A stretch of 62,923 bases of DNA, the filler included, from Deltaproteobacteria bacterium (GTDB lineage Bacteria > JAEEML01), in NCBI GenBank assembly GCA_016283195.1. It is 3 parts of 3 records of this genome, joined end to end, with 100 filler letters (N's around TTAATTAATTAA, not from the genome) between each part and the next. Parts side by side here need not be neighbours in the genome. Positions count along the whole stretch, not along the records: positions 34,069 to 62,923 come from JAEEML010000121.1; 2 more parts are not named here. One strand, 5' to 3'. Shown here one piece after another: positions 40,448-50,143 of the stretch (the stretch's first letter is position 1; every line of letters begins with the position of its first letter). Below the pieces are notes generated by a model. It saw only the letters and a list, made by a program, of their open reading frames with translations. It did not search any database and was not told the origin of the DNA. Both the position numbers and the translations under genes were made by a program.

Positions 40448-42200
40448 TATCAACCTCTTTCATGGCCGCCAGTATTTCCTTGGCAAATTCTTCTTTGTTT
40501 TTGCCAATTTCGCCCTGATAAAGAGCTTTCTCGGCCTGGCTCAAAAGGCCCGCCGCCCTTTCGGCCAGGGGGGCGGCCACTTTTTTCTCTTCCAAAATGG
40601 CCTTTATCTCGCCGGGAGTGATAGAGCGGCCGCCCATAACCAGTTTAGCGGCATAATAGCCGCGCAGGGCGGCCGCCAGATCTTCCCAGGAGGCAGTGGC
40701 CGCCGGCAAAGTGCGCTCCAGCTCTTTATAGGCCTTTGCTGCCCGGCGGCGGGCCAGCTCTTCCGGGCTACGCTGTGCCCGGCGGCGGCGCCAAGCGCCA
40801 ACTCCCCAAGCAGCAGGCGGCAAAATCAAAAGCGGCCAAAACCAAAAGGCATCGCTCGGAACAACCTGGCCCTGGCTGATTTTGGCCGCTTCCTGACAAA
40901 TAGGCATGACATCTTCGCCAAGAAGCGCCACCTGCTGCTTTTGCGGCGCCGTCGCCGCGCCCGGCGCGGCCGTGGCTGTTAAGTGCAGGTCTTCTTCTTC
41001 ATCGGCTTTTAGGGCGGTAAAAGTCACCGGCGGGGTTTTAAGTACCCGGTAACTTTGAGTTTCGGTATCAAAATAGGGCACCGCCACCTCGGGAATTTGG
41101 TACTCGCCGGGCGCGCCGGGCACCAGAGCCCATTTGGCGATATAGCGCCCATAAAGCCCGCCATCCTGCGCTTTTTTCTCAAAAGTGGGCTTATCTTCGT
41201 ATATTTTATAGGGCATATCGGCCGAAAGAGTGGGGGCGGCCAAATTGGCCACATTGCCGAAGCCCTCAATAGCCACCGTTAAAGTGGTGGATTCTTTGGC
41301 TTTTATTAACTTTTTAGAGAGATTATATTTCATTTCAAAGCGCCCCACCAAATTGGCAAATCCGGCCGGCCGCCCCTCAGCGGGCAGCGGCTTTACCACC
41401 ACCTCCAGGGGCTTACTGGCAACCGCTACCGCTTTAGTTTGGGTATTCATAAAAAAGTCGTCAAAGAGGCCGCCGCGCCGCCCTTGGCCGCGCACCAAAA
41501 CACTGGCCTTTACCCTGGCGGGCTCTATTGTATAAGTGCCCGGTTTTGTGGGGAAAAGTGCTGTTCTTATTTCTGTTACGGCCACGCGCTGACCACCGGC
41601 CACCGTTTCATAATTACGCTGATCGCCAAGTTGCTCACTCATAAAATCGCCCAAGGGCGGCGGCTCATAACTGGCCTCGGCAATCTGCGTTTTGCGTAAA
41701 AAGCGCACTTTGTAAATAATTTGCTCGCCTACATATACTTCATTTCTATCGAGCGCCGCTTCCAGGCTTAGGCCATTATTCATGGCGGCCAGGCGGTTTT
41801 CTTTGCTCTCTCCGACCACTTTAAAGCGCACCGGCGCAGCCCGCACCACTTCGCGGTCCACCACGGCCGAAATGCCCTCAATGGCATAGTCGCCCACGGC
41901 ATCTGCCGCTATAATATAGCGATATTCATAAGTTTTGCTCTGTCTGCCATTGACAATTGAGATAGAAGTGGAAGTTCCCATGGGGGTAATGGTCAGGTGG
42001 CTATTTTCCATAATATTAGGCTCTTGCGCCCGCCCGGAGCCGGAATAACTGATACTCACCGTTAAATAGGCTTCTTCCCCCACTTCCAGTTCATCGTGAT
42101 CAAGCGTAGCGCTGATAGCGGCCTCCTGCGCTTCGGCCCGGCCGGCCAAAAGCAGGAGGGCGCAAAAGAGCGCCGCTCTATTAATTATATGATTATACAT
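40434..42200 (-). CDS. BatD-like protein
   Basis: Signal peptide, repeated BatD beta domains (GTSTSISIVNG, VYVGEQ, PLPAEGRP..F..LVGRF), C-terminal TM. Exact start uncertain (42200-42209). Confidence 0.9.
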   Translation of the reverse strand: MYNHIINRAALFCALLLLAGRAEAQEAAISATLDHDELEVGEEAYLTVSISYSGSGRAQEPNIMENSHLTITPMGTSTSISIVNGRQSKTYEYRYIIAADAVGDYAIEGISAVVDREVVRAAPVRFKVVGESKENRLAAMNNGLSLEAALDRNEVYVGEQIIYKVRFLRKTQIAEASYEPPPLGDFMSEQLGDQRNYETVAGGQRVAVTEIRTALFPTKPGTYTIEPARVKASVLVRGQGRRGGLFDDFFMNTQTKAVAVASKPLEVVVKPLPAEGRPAGFANLVGRFEMKYNLSKKLIKAKESTTLTVAIEGFGNVANLAAPTLSADMPYKIYEDKPTFEKKAQDGGLYGRYIAKWALVPGAPGEYQIPEVAVPYFDTETQSYRVLKTPPVTFTALKADEEEDLHLTATAAPGAATAPQKQQVALLGEDVMPICQEAAKISQGQVVPSDAFWFWPLLILPPAAWGVGAWRRRRAQRSPEELARRRAAKAYKELERTLPAATASWEDLAAALRGYYAAKLVMGGRSITPGEIKAILEEKKVAAPLAERAAGLLSQAEKALYQGEIGKNKEEFAKEILAAMKEVDNALT

Positions 42201-42202
42201 AA

Positions 42203-43117
42203 TTACCAATCCTTGGCCGGTCTATGGCGCTTGCCGGAAACCTTGGGCATATTAGGCTGCTCTTCCAGGCGTTTTAGAGCTTGCTCGGCCTCAAGACGCG
42301 AAATGCCGGCACCGTTTTCTTCTTCTTCGCCGGCCGGCTGGCCTGGGGCAGCTTTAGACTCTGAAGCAGAATTTTGTTCTCCGTTTTCACCGGCGGAATC
42401 TTTATCTTGTTCCTGCTCCTGGCCTTCCTGTTGCTGCTCGCCTTGCTGCTGCTCTTGGCCCTCTTGCTGATCTTGTTCTTCTTGCTGTTCTTGCTGTTCT
42501 TCTTCTTTGGGCTCGGCACCGGCGCTGCCGGCATCACTGGCCGCATCATTATCTTGGGCACTCTCTTCTTTATTTTGTGAGCCGCTCTGCCCGTCTTCAC
42601 TCGGCGAGTGGTTATTACATTGCTGATTTTCCTGATTTTCCTGCTGCTCTTTTTGCTCTTCCTGGCGCTTTTTCTGCTCTTCGATAAGGCGGCGCAGCAC
42701 TTCCCGGGCCACATCGAGATTATATTTAGTATCGTCATCATCGGGGCGCCGATCGAGCGCCTGGCTAAAATATTCAATTGCTTCTTTTAATTTGCCGGCC
42801 TTAAAAGCGGTATTACCCAAATTATAGAGGCTATCGGCCTGCCTGATTTTGTCATCGGTGCGCATGGCTCTTTTAAAAGCCTCTTCGGCCTCCTGGTAGC
42901 GCTCCATTTTATAATAGACTTCACCCAGATGATAAGAGAGCAAACTATCATGCGGAAAATCTATTTGCGCGTCCACCAGATATTTCAGCGCATCTTCCAA
43001 CTTGTTGTCTTTTATAGCTTTTTGCGCATCTCTAAGTGCCGGTTCCAGCTCAGCGGCGCGGGCCAAAGCGGGCGCTAAAAAGAGCATAACGGCTGTTATA
43101 AGGAGAACTCTTCGCAT
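42203..43117 (-). CDS. BatC-like TPR protein with a Q/E-rich tail
   Basis: YNLGNTAFK..L..AI..F..AL...PDDDDTKYNL, Q/E-rich linker, AEQAL..LE, terminal KDW. Confidence 0.88.
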   Translation of the reverse strand: MRRVLLITAVMLFLAPALARAAELEPALRDAQKAIKDNKLEDALKYLVDAQIDFPHDSLLSYHLGEVYYKMERYQEAEEAFKRAMRTDDKIRQADSLYNLGNTAFKAGKLKEAIEYFSQALDRRPDDDDTKYNLDVAREVLRRLIEEQKKRQEEQKEQQENQENQQCNNHSPSEDGQSGSQNKEESAQDNDAASDAGSAGAEPKEEEQQEQQEEQDQQEGQEQQQGEQQQEGQEQEQDKDSAGENGEQNSASESKAAPGQPAGEEEENGAGISRLEAEQALKRLEEQPNMPKVSGKRHRPAKDW

Positions 43118-43191
43118 TCTTTACCTCGCCTCCACAGATGCACTAACCAAACTGCTCATATTTTATTCCCAAGAGCTTTTTATAAGGCAGG

Positions 43192-44073
43192 TTACTCCGG
43201 TATGGCCTCTTTTAGCTCTCTGATAAAATACCATTGTTCCGGCGCCGCCAAAATCATGCGGCCGAGAGCAGCAAAGAAGGAGTCGATAATATTACCGGCG
43301 GCAAGATAATGGCGCTCTACTTTAAGAGTAAAGCTCTCTTCGTCGTTACGCACCAAAAAGGGAGTAAGAATTATTAGGTCGTTATCATTAAAACCCTTTA
43401 AAATCATATCCATACCGGTGCCACCCATTATCGGGCGCCCCAAGAGCAGATGCTTTTTGCAAAATTGGTTATTTTCGTCAAAAACATTGGAAACTACCTT
43501 TTTTTGCAAAAAGAGGCTCATCATTTCCATGGGAGCATCGGTGCCGGCGGCAGTTAAATCCAGAAAAGAGGTTTTCCCCAGATGATAGCGCTCGGCCATT
43601 TCAGCCATATTTTGGCGCAGCATGGGGCCGACAGGCGGGGGAAATTTGCCCACAGAACTCACGCTGATACCGCGCACATTTAGCGCGAGAGCTAAAAAAT
43701 AAGTCGCCCCGTAATGAGCCTCGGCTAAAAAAACGCCTTTTTTATCGCGCTCTGCCTCTTTAAAATATTCAAGAATTTCATCACTTATGGCAATGCGCTT
43801 TTGAGCAATCCAAAAAGCTTCGTAGCTTTTTACCAAAACAAAGAGCTTTTCAAAATAGTGGGCTACTATATGTTCCAAAGTCAAAGCCAGAGAAGCATCA
43901 TTCACCGGCAGTTGCATATAGCGCATATTACTAGCTATTTCTTCCACATCACCGGGACTGGCATCATAATATTTGCGGCCGGCCTCCAAAATGGCGGCGC
44001 GGCCGAATTTCCAGGACTTTTTCGCCACTAAATCAAGGTTTTCTTTATTTAAAAGATATGAGCCTATACTCAT
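43192..44073 (-). CDS. Lysophospholipid/lipid A acyltransferase-like protein (LpxL-type fold)
   Basis: KGVFLAEAHYG motif and C-terminal I...PEQWYF typical of LPLAT-like proteins; divergent. Confidence 0.6.
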   Translation of the reverse strand: MSIGSYLLNKENLDLVAKKSWKFGRAAILEAGRKYYDASPGDVEEIASNMRYMQLPVNDASLALTLEHIVAHYFEKLFVLVKSYEAFWIAQKRIAISDEILEYFKEAERDKKGVFLAEAHYGATYFLALALNVRGISVSSVGKFPPPVGPMLRQNMAEMAERYHLGKTSFLDLTAAGTDAPMEMMSLFLQKKVVSNVFDENNQFCKKHLLLGRPIMGGTGMDMILKGFNDNDLIILTPFLVRNDEESFTLKVERHYLAAGNIIDSFFAALGRMILAAPEQWYFIRELKEAIPE

Positions 44074-44076
44074 AAA

Positions 44077-44637
44077 TTACCATCCTAGTAAGTGCTCAAA
44101 TAAAATTTTAAGGCCAATGGCGATGAGCACCGCGCCGCCGACTTTTCCGGCTACTTTTTGGCAATAGCGCCCGAGACGCACTCCCAGGGCCATGCCGAAT
44201 GCGGAAAGCCCCATTGTCACCAGTCCAATTATAACAGCCGGCCATAAAATGCTATGTTTTAATACAGCAAAACTAAAGCCAACAGCCATGGCATCAATAC
44301 TGGTGGCAATAGAAAGTATCAATAATTCAAGGCCTTTTGTTGGATTAGAAACATTTTCATCCAGTTCTTCCGGCTTCTCGAAAAACATTTTGAGGCCAAT
44401 AAAAGCCAAAAGCCCAAAAGCAATCCAGTGGTCAAAAGCGGCAATATAATCCGCCAGAAAGCGGCCCAAAAACCAGCCGGCAATGGGCATGAGGGCTTGA
44501 AAAAGGCCAAAGCTGCCAGACATACGCAAAACTTCCAGCGCTTTTACGCGACGCAGTTTAATGGCGCTGGCAATACTCACAGCCAAAGCATCCATAGCAA
44601 GGCCAACAGCAATGGTCAAAATATTAATTATATCCAT
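44077..44637 (-). CDS. mntP: Manganese efflux pump MntP
   Basis: AVGLAMDALAVS, FQALMP..GW, DHWIAF.LL, ATSIDAMAVG. Confidence 0.95.
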   Translation of the reverse strand: MDIINILTIAVGLAMDALAVSIASAIKLRRVKALEVLRMSGSFGLFQALMPIAGWFLGRFLADYIAAFDHWIAFGLLAFIGLKMFFEKPEELDENVSNPTKGLELLILSIATSIDAMAVGFSFAVLKHSILWPAVIIGLVTMGLSAFGMALGVRLGRYCQKVAGKVGGAVLIAIGLKILFEHLLGW

Positions 44638-44649
44638 AAAATATAATCT

Positions 44650-45954
44650 CTATGGCGCTTCTTCGGCCGTGCAGGCCGTGATATTCCAAACAATATCGCG
44701 GGGATTAAGGCGCATCAGCACCCTTTTTTCAAACCCGCCGCCGGTATAAGTATAGCGGCTGAAAGTGCCCTGTTTTTCGGCCGAAACAAAAATTTCATCG
44801 CGGCCGTCACCATCGCTGTCTATAGCGAGAGCCGCATGTTCAAAGCCTTGTGAATCCCTATCAACCAACAATTTTTGCCAAGAGCCGCCTTTTCCCCGGC
44901 TAAGCACAAAAATTCCGGCCCCCATAGTGGTGATAAGCAAACCGGGCTCATCTTTTTGCAAATGCACTGGTGTTAAAACCCGCGCCCCGCGTCCAGGTAA
45001 CATTGCTATAGATTTTTGCTGTAATTCTCCGCTCTTATCCATAGTAACCTGCCTGATTTCCAGCGGCTTAAGCTCCTGCCCGGCCTCATCCAGCTGGGCC
45101 TCTAAAGAAATATAGAGCTCATCTTTACCGTCGCCATCAAAATCATAAGTGAGAATTTCTTTGGCATGGCGCCCTTCAAAAACAGCTATCTCCTCCAAAT
45201 TCCAGCTTTTTTCTGCTTTCAAATAACGGCCGCGGATAACTGCTCCGCTCTGGGTACTGCCCATTTTATTGGGCGCCGAAGGAGTGGCATAAAACTCTTT
45301 TTGCCCATCGCCGTTTAGGTCACCTATTTCCACTTCGTGAATAAAAGTGGCCTCCTTACGCATAATTTCTTCATATTGCCATTTGCCGGCGGGAGACACC
45401 TTGCGGCCGATTAAAATAACGCCCTGATCATGAGTGGCAATAAGCTGCTCCGGAGCACCGTCGCCATCCAAATCGCCCTCTTCTATATCGCGCAGGCGAT
45501 CCCACTTGCCGCCGAATTTTCCTTCATAGAGGGTGGTGCTTTTTAGCTGTCCATCGGCCCCGCGCTGCCAATATTTTAGGGCTGCTTTGGTGGCGCCTAT
45601 GGTCATAATGCCGCCTTTGCCGTTATCATCCGGGCGGCAATAGGCTTTGTGAAAGACCAGCGATTCATCATCTAAAATGATTTCCGGCCGAAAACTTTCG
45701 CCGTTTTGTTTAAGCATGATGAGCTTGGCCGGGCCGGGGATACTTTTATTTTCAGCATCACTCTTAAATTGAGCTAAGGCCAAAAGGAGAGCAAGCGATC
45801 TTGGGCTGGGCTTAGGAGCCTCTAAGGCCGCCTCGCTTACCGATTCAGCTGCCTTTTTCGGCGCCGCCGGCTTTTCGCAGGCTACTGCGGTGAGGAGGCA
45901 AAAAAGCCCCAGAAAGGAGACTCGAAAAAGGCCGCCAGCGCTATGCCTCTTCAT
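44650..45954 (-). CDS. FG-GAP/VCBS-repeat lipoprotein (beta-propeller)
   Basis: Lipobox AVAC; GDLDGDGAPE, GDLNGDGQKE, DFDGDGKDE, DSDGDGRDE repeats. Confidence 0.88.
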   Translation of the reverse strand: MKRHSAGGLFRVSFLGLFCLLTAVACEKPAAPKKAAESVSEAALEAPKPSPRSLALLLALAQFKSDAENKSIPGPAKLIMLKQNGESFRPEIILDDESLVFHKAYCRPDDNGKGGIMTIGATKAALKYWQRGADGQLKSTTLYEGKFGGKWDRLRDIEEGDLDGDGAPEQLIATHDQGVILIGRKVSPAGKWQYEEIMRKEATFIHEVEIGDLNGDGQKEFYATPSAPNKMGSTQSGAVIRGRYLKAEKSWNLEEIAVFEGRHAKEILTYDFDGDGKDELYISLEAQLDEAGQELKPLEIRQVTMDKSGELQQKSIAMLPGRGARVLTPVHLQKDEPGLLITTMGAGIFVLSRGKGGSWQKLLVDRDSQGFEHAALAIDSDGDGRDEIFVSAEKQGTFSRYTYTGGGFEKRVLMRLNPRDIVWNITACTAEEAP

Positions 45955-47684
45955 TATTCTTCATCCTCATCATGAACTTTTACCGCCGGCTCCTCGCCCA
46001 AACGGTGGATAATAACCGCCACCAGTGGGCGCCGCCCTAAGCGGGCTTTGATAAAAGAGCGGCTCACGCGCTTAATTTCCATAAAAGCGGCTTCATCGTC
46101 AAAGCGCTCGGCCGGTGAAAGAGTAGGCCAAAATTCCATAATATTTGCCGCTGCTTCGGCAAAAAAATCATCATTATCTTTTAAAAGAATAAGGCCGCGG
46201 GCCGTAACTTTGGGCGCTACTAACAAATAGCCCCGCTCATCCAACACCAGAGAGCAAAAGAGCACTCCGTGTTCGCTTAAATCGCGCCTATCAGCCAGAA
46301 CCTGCTCACAAATATCGCCGATTACTTTGCCATCAACCGAAAGATAAGAAGCGGCCACCGGCTCTCCCGGGTACGGGATTATCTCTCCCTCCTGGGCAAA
46401 AAAATCGAGCGGCTTGCCGTCGCATAAAATAAAGGTGTTTTCTTTCAAAAGCCCTTTTTCCAAAGCAATGTCCCGGTGCGCTACGCGCTGAATGGGCTGG
46501 CCGTGAATGGGCACAAAATATTTGGGCCGCAAAAGTTCAATAAATTTGGCCAGTTCTTCTCTATGGCCATGGCCAGAGGCGTGCACACCGTCAATTTCTG
46601 TATAAACCTTTACCCCGCGGCTCACCAAAGCATTGACCGCCCGGCTGATAGCCTGCTCATTGCCAGGGATATGGCGGGCCGAAAAAATAGCCACATCGCC
46701 CTCTTCCAAATCCACATGGCCATGCTCGCCATAAGCAATTTGCGTCATGGCACTATAAGCTTCCCCTTGCGAACCGGAGGCGATAACCGTCACCATTTTA
46801 TCTTCTAACTTAGGGTATTCACTTTGATTTAAAAAAGTTTCCGGCGGATAATCAATAATGCCGCATTCATTACCGAGAGCCACCGCCTCGCGCATGGCTT
46901 TGCCTACCAGCATTACCTTGCGTCCGGCTTTGATACTGGCTTCAATAATGGCGGCTACGCGGTGTAAATGGCTGGCAAAGGTGGTAACGGCCACCCGCCC
47001 CGCGGCTTCGGCAATTACGGCAGTTAGGCGCCCGGCGGCCGTTGCCTCAGAAGGACTTTGCCCTTTTTCGCGGGCATTGGTGGAATCGGAGAGTAGCAAA
47101 AGCACCCCTTCATCGCCAATGGCTCTTAGCGCGGCCACATCAGTAAGGCGCCCGTCGCGCGGTTTGGGGTCTATTTTAAAATCGCCGGAATGCAGGACAA
47201 TACCGGCCGGAGTCTCTATTTTTAAAGCAAAAGCCATAGGCACCGAGTGGGTAACGGGGATAAAAGTCACCTTAAACGGGCCCACCTCCACCGTCTCGCC
47301 ATCGCTCACCGCGTGCGGCTCCCAGGAATTATTTTTCAGGCGGCCGTTAATGAGCCCTAAAGCCAGGGCGCTGCCATAAACCGGCACCGAAAAATTTTCT
47401 AGGAGATAAGGCACGGCGCCAATGTGGTCTTCGTGGCCGTGAGTGATAAATAAAGCTAATAATTTTACATTATTATCTTTAATATAAGAGAGCGAGGGCA
47501 CCAAATAATCAATCCCCGGCTCATCATCTCTCGGGAACAAAAGGCCGCAATCGATTAAAATAGCCCCCTCTTTGGTCTCAAGCAGAGTGGCATTGCCGCC
47601 GATATCCTGCAGCCCGCCCAGGGGGATAACTCTAAGTAATGGTTTTGGCGTTTTAGAAGCCGGAATAATATCGCAATTGGTCAT
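45954..47684 (-). CDS. rnj: Ribonuclease J
   Basis: PLGGLQDIG.N, ITHGHEDHIG, HSGDFKID, LLSDSTNA, GSQGE, HASGH, PIHG. Confidence 0.97.
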   Translation of the reverse strand: MTNCDIIPASKTPKPLLRVIPLGGLQDIGGNATLLETKEGAILIDCGLLFPRDDEPGIDYLVPSLSYIKDNNVKLLALFITHGHEDHIGAVPYLLENFSVPVYGSALALGLINGRLKNNSWEPHAVSDGETVEVGPFKVTFIPVTHSVPMAFALKIETPAGIVLHSGDFKIDPKPRDGRLTDVAALRAIGDEGVLLLLSDSTNAREKGQSPSEATAAGRLTAVIAEAAGRVAVTTFASHLHRVAAIIEASIKAGRKVMLVGKAMREAVALGNECGIIDYPPETFLNQSEYPKLEDKMVTVIASGSQGEAYSAMTQIAYGEHGHVDLEEGDVAIFSARHIPGNEQAISRAVNALVSRGVKVYTEIDGVHASGHGHREELAKFIELLRPKYFVPIHGQPIQRVAHRDIALEKGLLKENTFILCDGKPLDFFAQEGEIIPYPGEPVAASYLSVDGKVIGDICEQVLADRRDLSEHGVLFCSLVLDERGYLLVAPKVTARGLILLKDNDDFFAEAAANIMEFWPTLSPAERFDDEAAFMEIKRVSRSFIKARLGRRPLVAVIIHRLGEEPAVKVHDEDEE

Positions 47685-47693
47685 AATTTCCCG

Positions 47694-48380
47694 CTAAAAG
47701 AAGAGAATGGTTGCTAAAATGGCTAAAACAATCACCACACCGCCGACTATAGCCCAAAACATCGGTAAATGCTTTTGGGGGAGGTTTTTGTCGTTTTCTT
47801 TGGTGGCTACTGTTTTTTGAAAAAAATCTTTAATAATTTTCGGGTCTATATCGAGCGCCGAAGCATAAAGAGCCAGGCGATTTTTAATATAAAAAGCGGC
47901 ATCCAGTTTATCGAGGGGCTGACTTTCCATAGCCAAAATAGTGCTTTGCGCTATGCAGGTACGCTTAGTAATTTCGGCAAAAGAAATGCCCATTTCCTCG
48001 CGTCTGGCTTTTAAAGCCGCACCGAGTTTCCCCAAAGGATCCGGCCCGTTCACATCGGGGAGCACAAATTCTTTAACTGCTACTTCTCTTGTAACTTCCG
48101 GCTCTTCCGGCTCTTTGGCCTTTGGTTCCATGAGCTTTAAAGTGGCTTCCAAAGCTTCATCCACCATCATGGGCTCGGCCGGCGCTTCATCTTTTACGGC
48201 TACCTCTTCCGCCCCCGATGCCGCTACAATAGCAGCTTCTGCATCTGCTTTAGGGGAATTGGCCGCTAGATCTTCCGGGGGCAAGGAGGCCTCATCGGCT
48301 ACTTCCATAGGCTCCTGATTTTCAGTTGCGAATTTCTCTTCCTGTTCTTTTTTTCCGCTGTTTTTCCGCTGCTTTTTCAT
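47694..48380 (-). CDS. RodZ-like HTH protein with an acidic N-terminus and C-terminal TM anchor
   Basis: LGAALKARREEMGISFAEI...ILAME...YA..L.ID followed by one TM helix at the C-terminus. Confidence 0.8.
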   Translation of the reverse strand: MKKQRKNSGKKEQEEKFATENQEPMEVADEASLPPEDLAANSPKADAEAAIVAASGAEEVAVKDEAPAEPMMVDEALEATLKLMEPKAKEPEEPEVTREVAVKEFVLPDVNGPDPLGKLGAALKARREEMGISFAEITKRTCIAQSTILAMESQPLDKLDAAFYIKNRLALYASALDIDPKIIKDFFQKTVATKENDKNLPQKHLPMFWAIVGGVVIVLAILATILFF

Positions 48381-48394
48381 TATTACCTGCAATC

Positions 48395-49186
48395 TTATTC
48401 GATTCTTTTTAAAGCCTTGGTGCATAAACCGTCAAGCGTTCCGTTTTCATGCTCGGCACCAGCGCAGCTCGCAAAATACTGCTTTGCTCTTTCAGTTTCG
48501 CCGTTTTGCAAGAGCAAAAAGCCCATTTGGCGGTCGGCTTCAGTTAAAAACGCTTTGTCGATAACTTTGCGAATTTCCCGATTTTCGGCACAGCGCGAAT
48601 AAAAAAACTCCATTTGTTTGATGGCATTAGGCAGCTTTTTTTCGGCTTCGTAAACAGTTGCCAGCCACAGGTAGCCGCGGCAAAAATTACTATCGGCGGC
48701 CAGAGCGTTTCTCAGGTGGGCAATGGCATTTTCATTATCGCCCTGTTTGTAACAACACCAGCCCAAATTGGCTTCGGCAAAATGGGGGGTGGGATACATA
48801 ACATCTTCCATAATGTTTTCAAACTCTTTGGCCGCTTCGGCATAGCGCCCCAGATCCATCAAAAGGACAGCATAATTATTGCGCGCTTCGGGAAAATCTT
48901 TGCGCAGTTCAAGCGCTTTTTGGTAATGGTGCAAAGCCTCTTTGCTCTGCCCTTTGGCATGATAAGCGAGCCCGAGCGCGTTATGCGTTTCCGGCATGCG
49001 GCCATCGTTTTTATTGGCAATACTAAACTCGCGCAACGCCTCGTTTATATCACCCTGCTGCATGGCAGCCGCGCCAAGATCATAATGTACTCGGGCGTTT
49101 TTTCTGGCCTGCTCGCTAACAACCGGTGCGCAGCCGCCAAATAAAACCGCGGCCGATAAAGTTAAGCCAAGAGCGTATTTAAGCAT
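48395..49186 (-). CDS. tgl: TPR lipoprotein, Tgl/PilF-type type IV pilus secretin pilotin
   Basis: Lipobox FGGC, A..HYDLG, tandem TPRs, YPTPHFAEANLGW, NFCRGY; adjacent to a RodZ-like HTH gene. Confidence 0.85.
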   Translation of the reverse strand: MLKYALGLTLSAAVLFGGCAPVVSEQARKNARVHYDLGAAAMQQGDINEALREFSIANKNDGRMPETHNALGLAYHAKGQSKEALHHYQKALELRKDFPEARNNYAVLLMDLGRYAEAAKEFENIMEDVMYPTPHFAEANLGWCCYKQGDNENAIAHLRNALAADSNFCRGYLWLATVYEAEKKLPNAIKQMEFFYSRCAENREIRKVIDKAFLTEADRQMGFLLLQNGETERAKQYFASCAGAEHENGTLDGLCTKALKRIE

Positions 49187-49211
49187 GGAATATTCCCATA
49201 TTTCCTTGATA

Positions 49212-49928
49212 TCAGCGGGCAGTCACTTTGAACATATCCGAGAAGTTTCTATCTTCGGCAGCAGTTCTTGTATAAGAGAGAACCTCTTTATCTATATAAA
49301 CTTCTTTGGAATCCGATTTGGAACTTTCACCAATGATTACTTTGAGAGAGTGTTGCGGAGAGGTGCTTTTACGGCCGCCGGTAGTATCTTTGGTGGCTAC
49401 CAGATAAACAGTATTTTCGCCGGCTTTCATATAATTGGTAATATCAAGAACCACTTGGGCTTCCTTGCCGGAAACCCGTTTTACATGGCTATTGTTGATA
49501 TAGACATCTATTTCATATTGGCTCATCCCGGGAGCGGCATTTTCCGAAACCAGCCAGTAGCGCATTGAGATGGGGCCGGTGGGAGTAATTGCCGATTGCG
49601 GAGCAACCGGAGCGGCGGGGGCCTGGGCGGCACCGGGTGCGGCAGGAACCACAGCTACCGGAGCGGGGTTAGTGGGCACAGGTGTGGAAGTGGCAGTACC
49701 ACCGCCACCGACTGATTGAATTTGGTAACCCTTGGCTGTGATATAGACATCGCCTTTGCCATCAATCTGGACAGTGCAATTTTTAAAAGTCTCACCGACT
49801 ATGCCGTCGATATTCACTCCATTGAGAAAGATACTGGCGGCCCCGGCCGGCAGAGCAACAAACATCGAGGCGGTTAAAATGGCAGCGCTGAGGTATTTAC
49901 CCATGGTCTTCAAATTTTTTTTAATCAT
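49212..49928 (-). CDS. Secreted hypothetical protein with a Pro/Ala linker
   Basis: Signal peptide ending AGA, two beta-rich domains separated by a PAAP-rich linker; AGGAG RBS. Confidence 0.8.
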   Translation of the reverse strand: MIKKNLKTMGKYLSAAILTASMFVALPAGAASIFLNGVNIDGIVGETFKNCTVQIDGKGDVYITAKGYQIQSVGGGGTATSTPVPTNPAPVAVVPAAPGAAQAPAAPVAPQSAITPTGPISMRYWLVSENAAPGMSQYEIDVYINNSHVKRVSGKEAQVVLDITNYMKAGENTVYLVATKDTTGGRKSTSPQHSLKVIIGESSKSDSKEVYIDKEVLSYTRTAAEDRNFSDMFKVTAR

Positions 49929-49963
49929 TTTTCTGCTCCTAAGCAAAGCAATACCAGCTCTGC

Positions 49964-49993
49964 AGTTTAAGTTTTATCACTATTTTATGTCAA
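49964..49993 (-). promoter_or_regulatory. Putative sigma70 promoter for the minus-strand run starting at 49928
   Basis: Minus strand TTGACA-18 nt-TAAACT. Confidence 0.5.
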
Positions 49994-50143
49994 GTTCCTT
50001 GCGCCAATTTCCATAGCTAGCCGCGCTAAAGCTCCACCAAAAAAGACTTGCCGAAAAGGAGAAAAAATCGGATGCTAACGCCAAGATGCGTAAAGCTTAG
50101 AAATAGAATTTCTACTTTATAAGCTTTAGCAAAGAGAAGCCGC

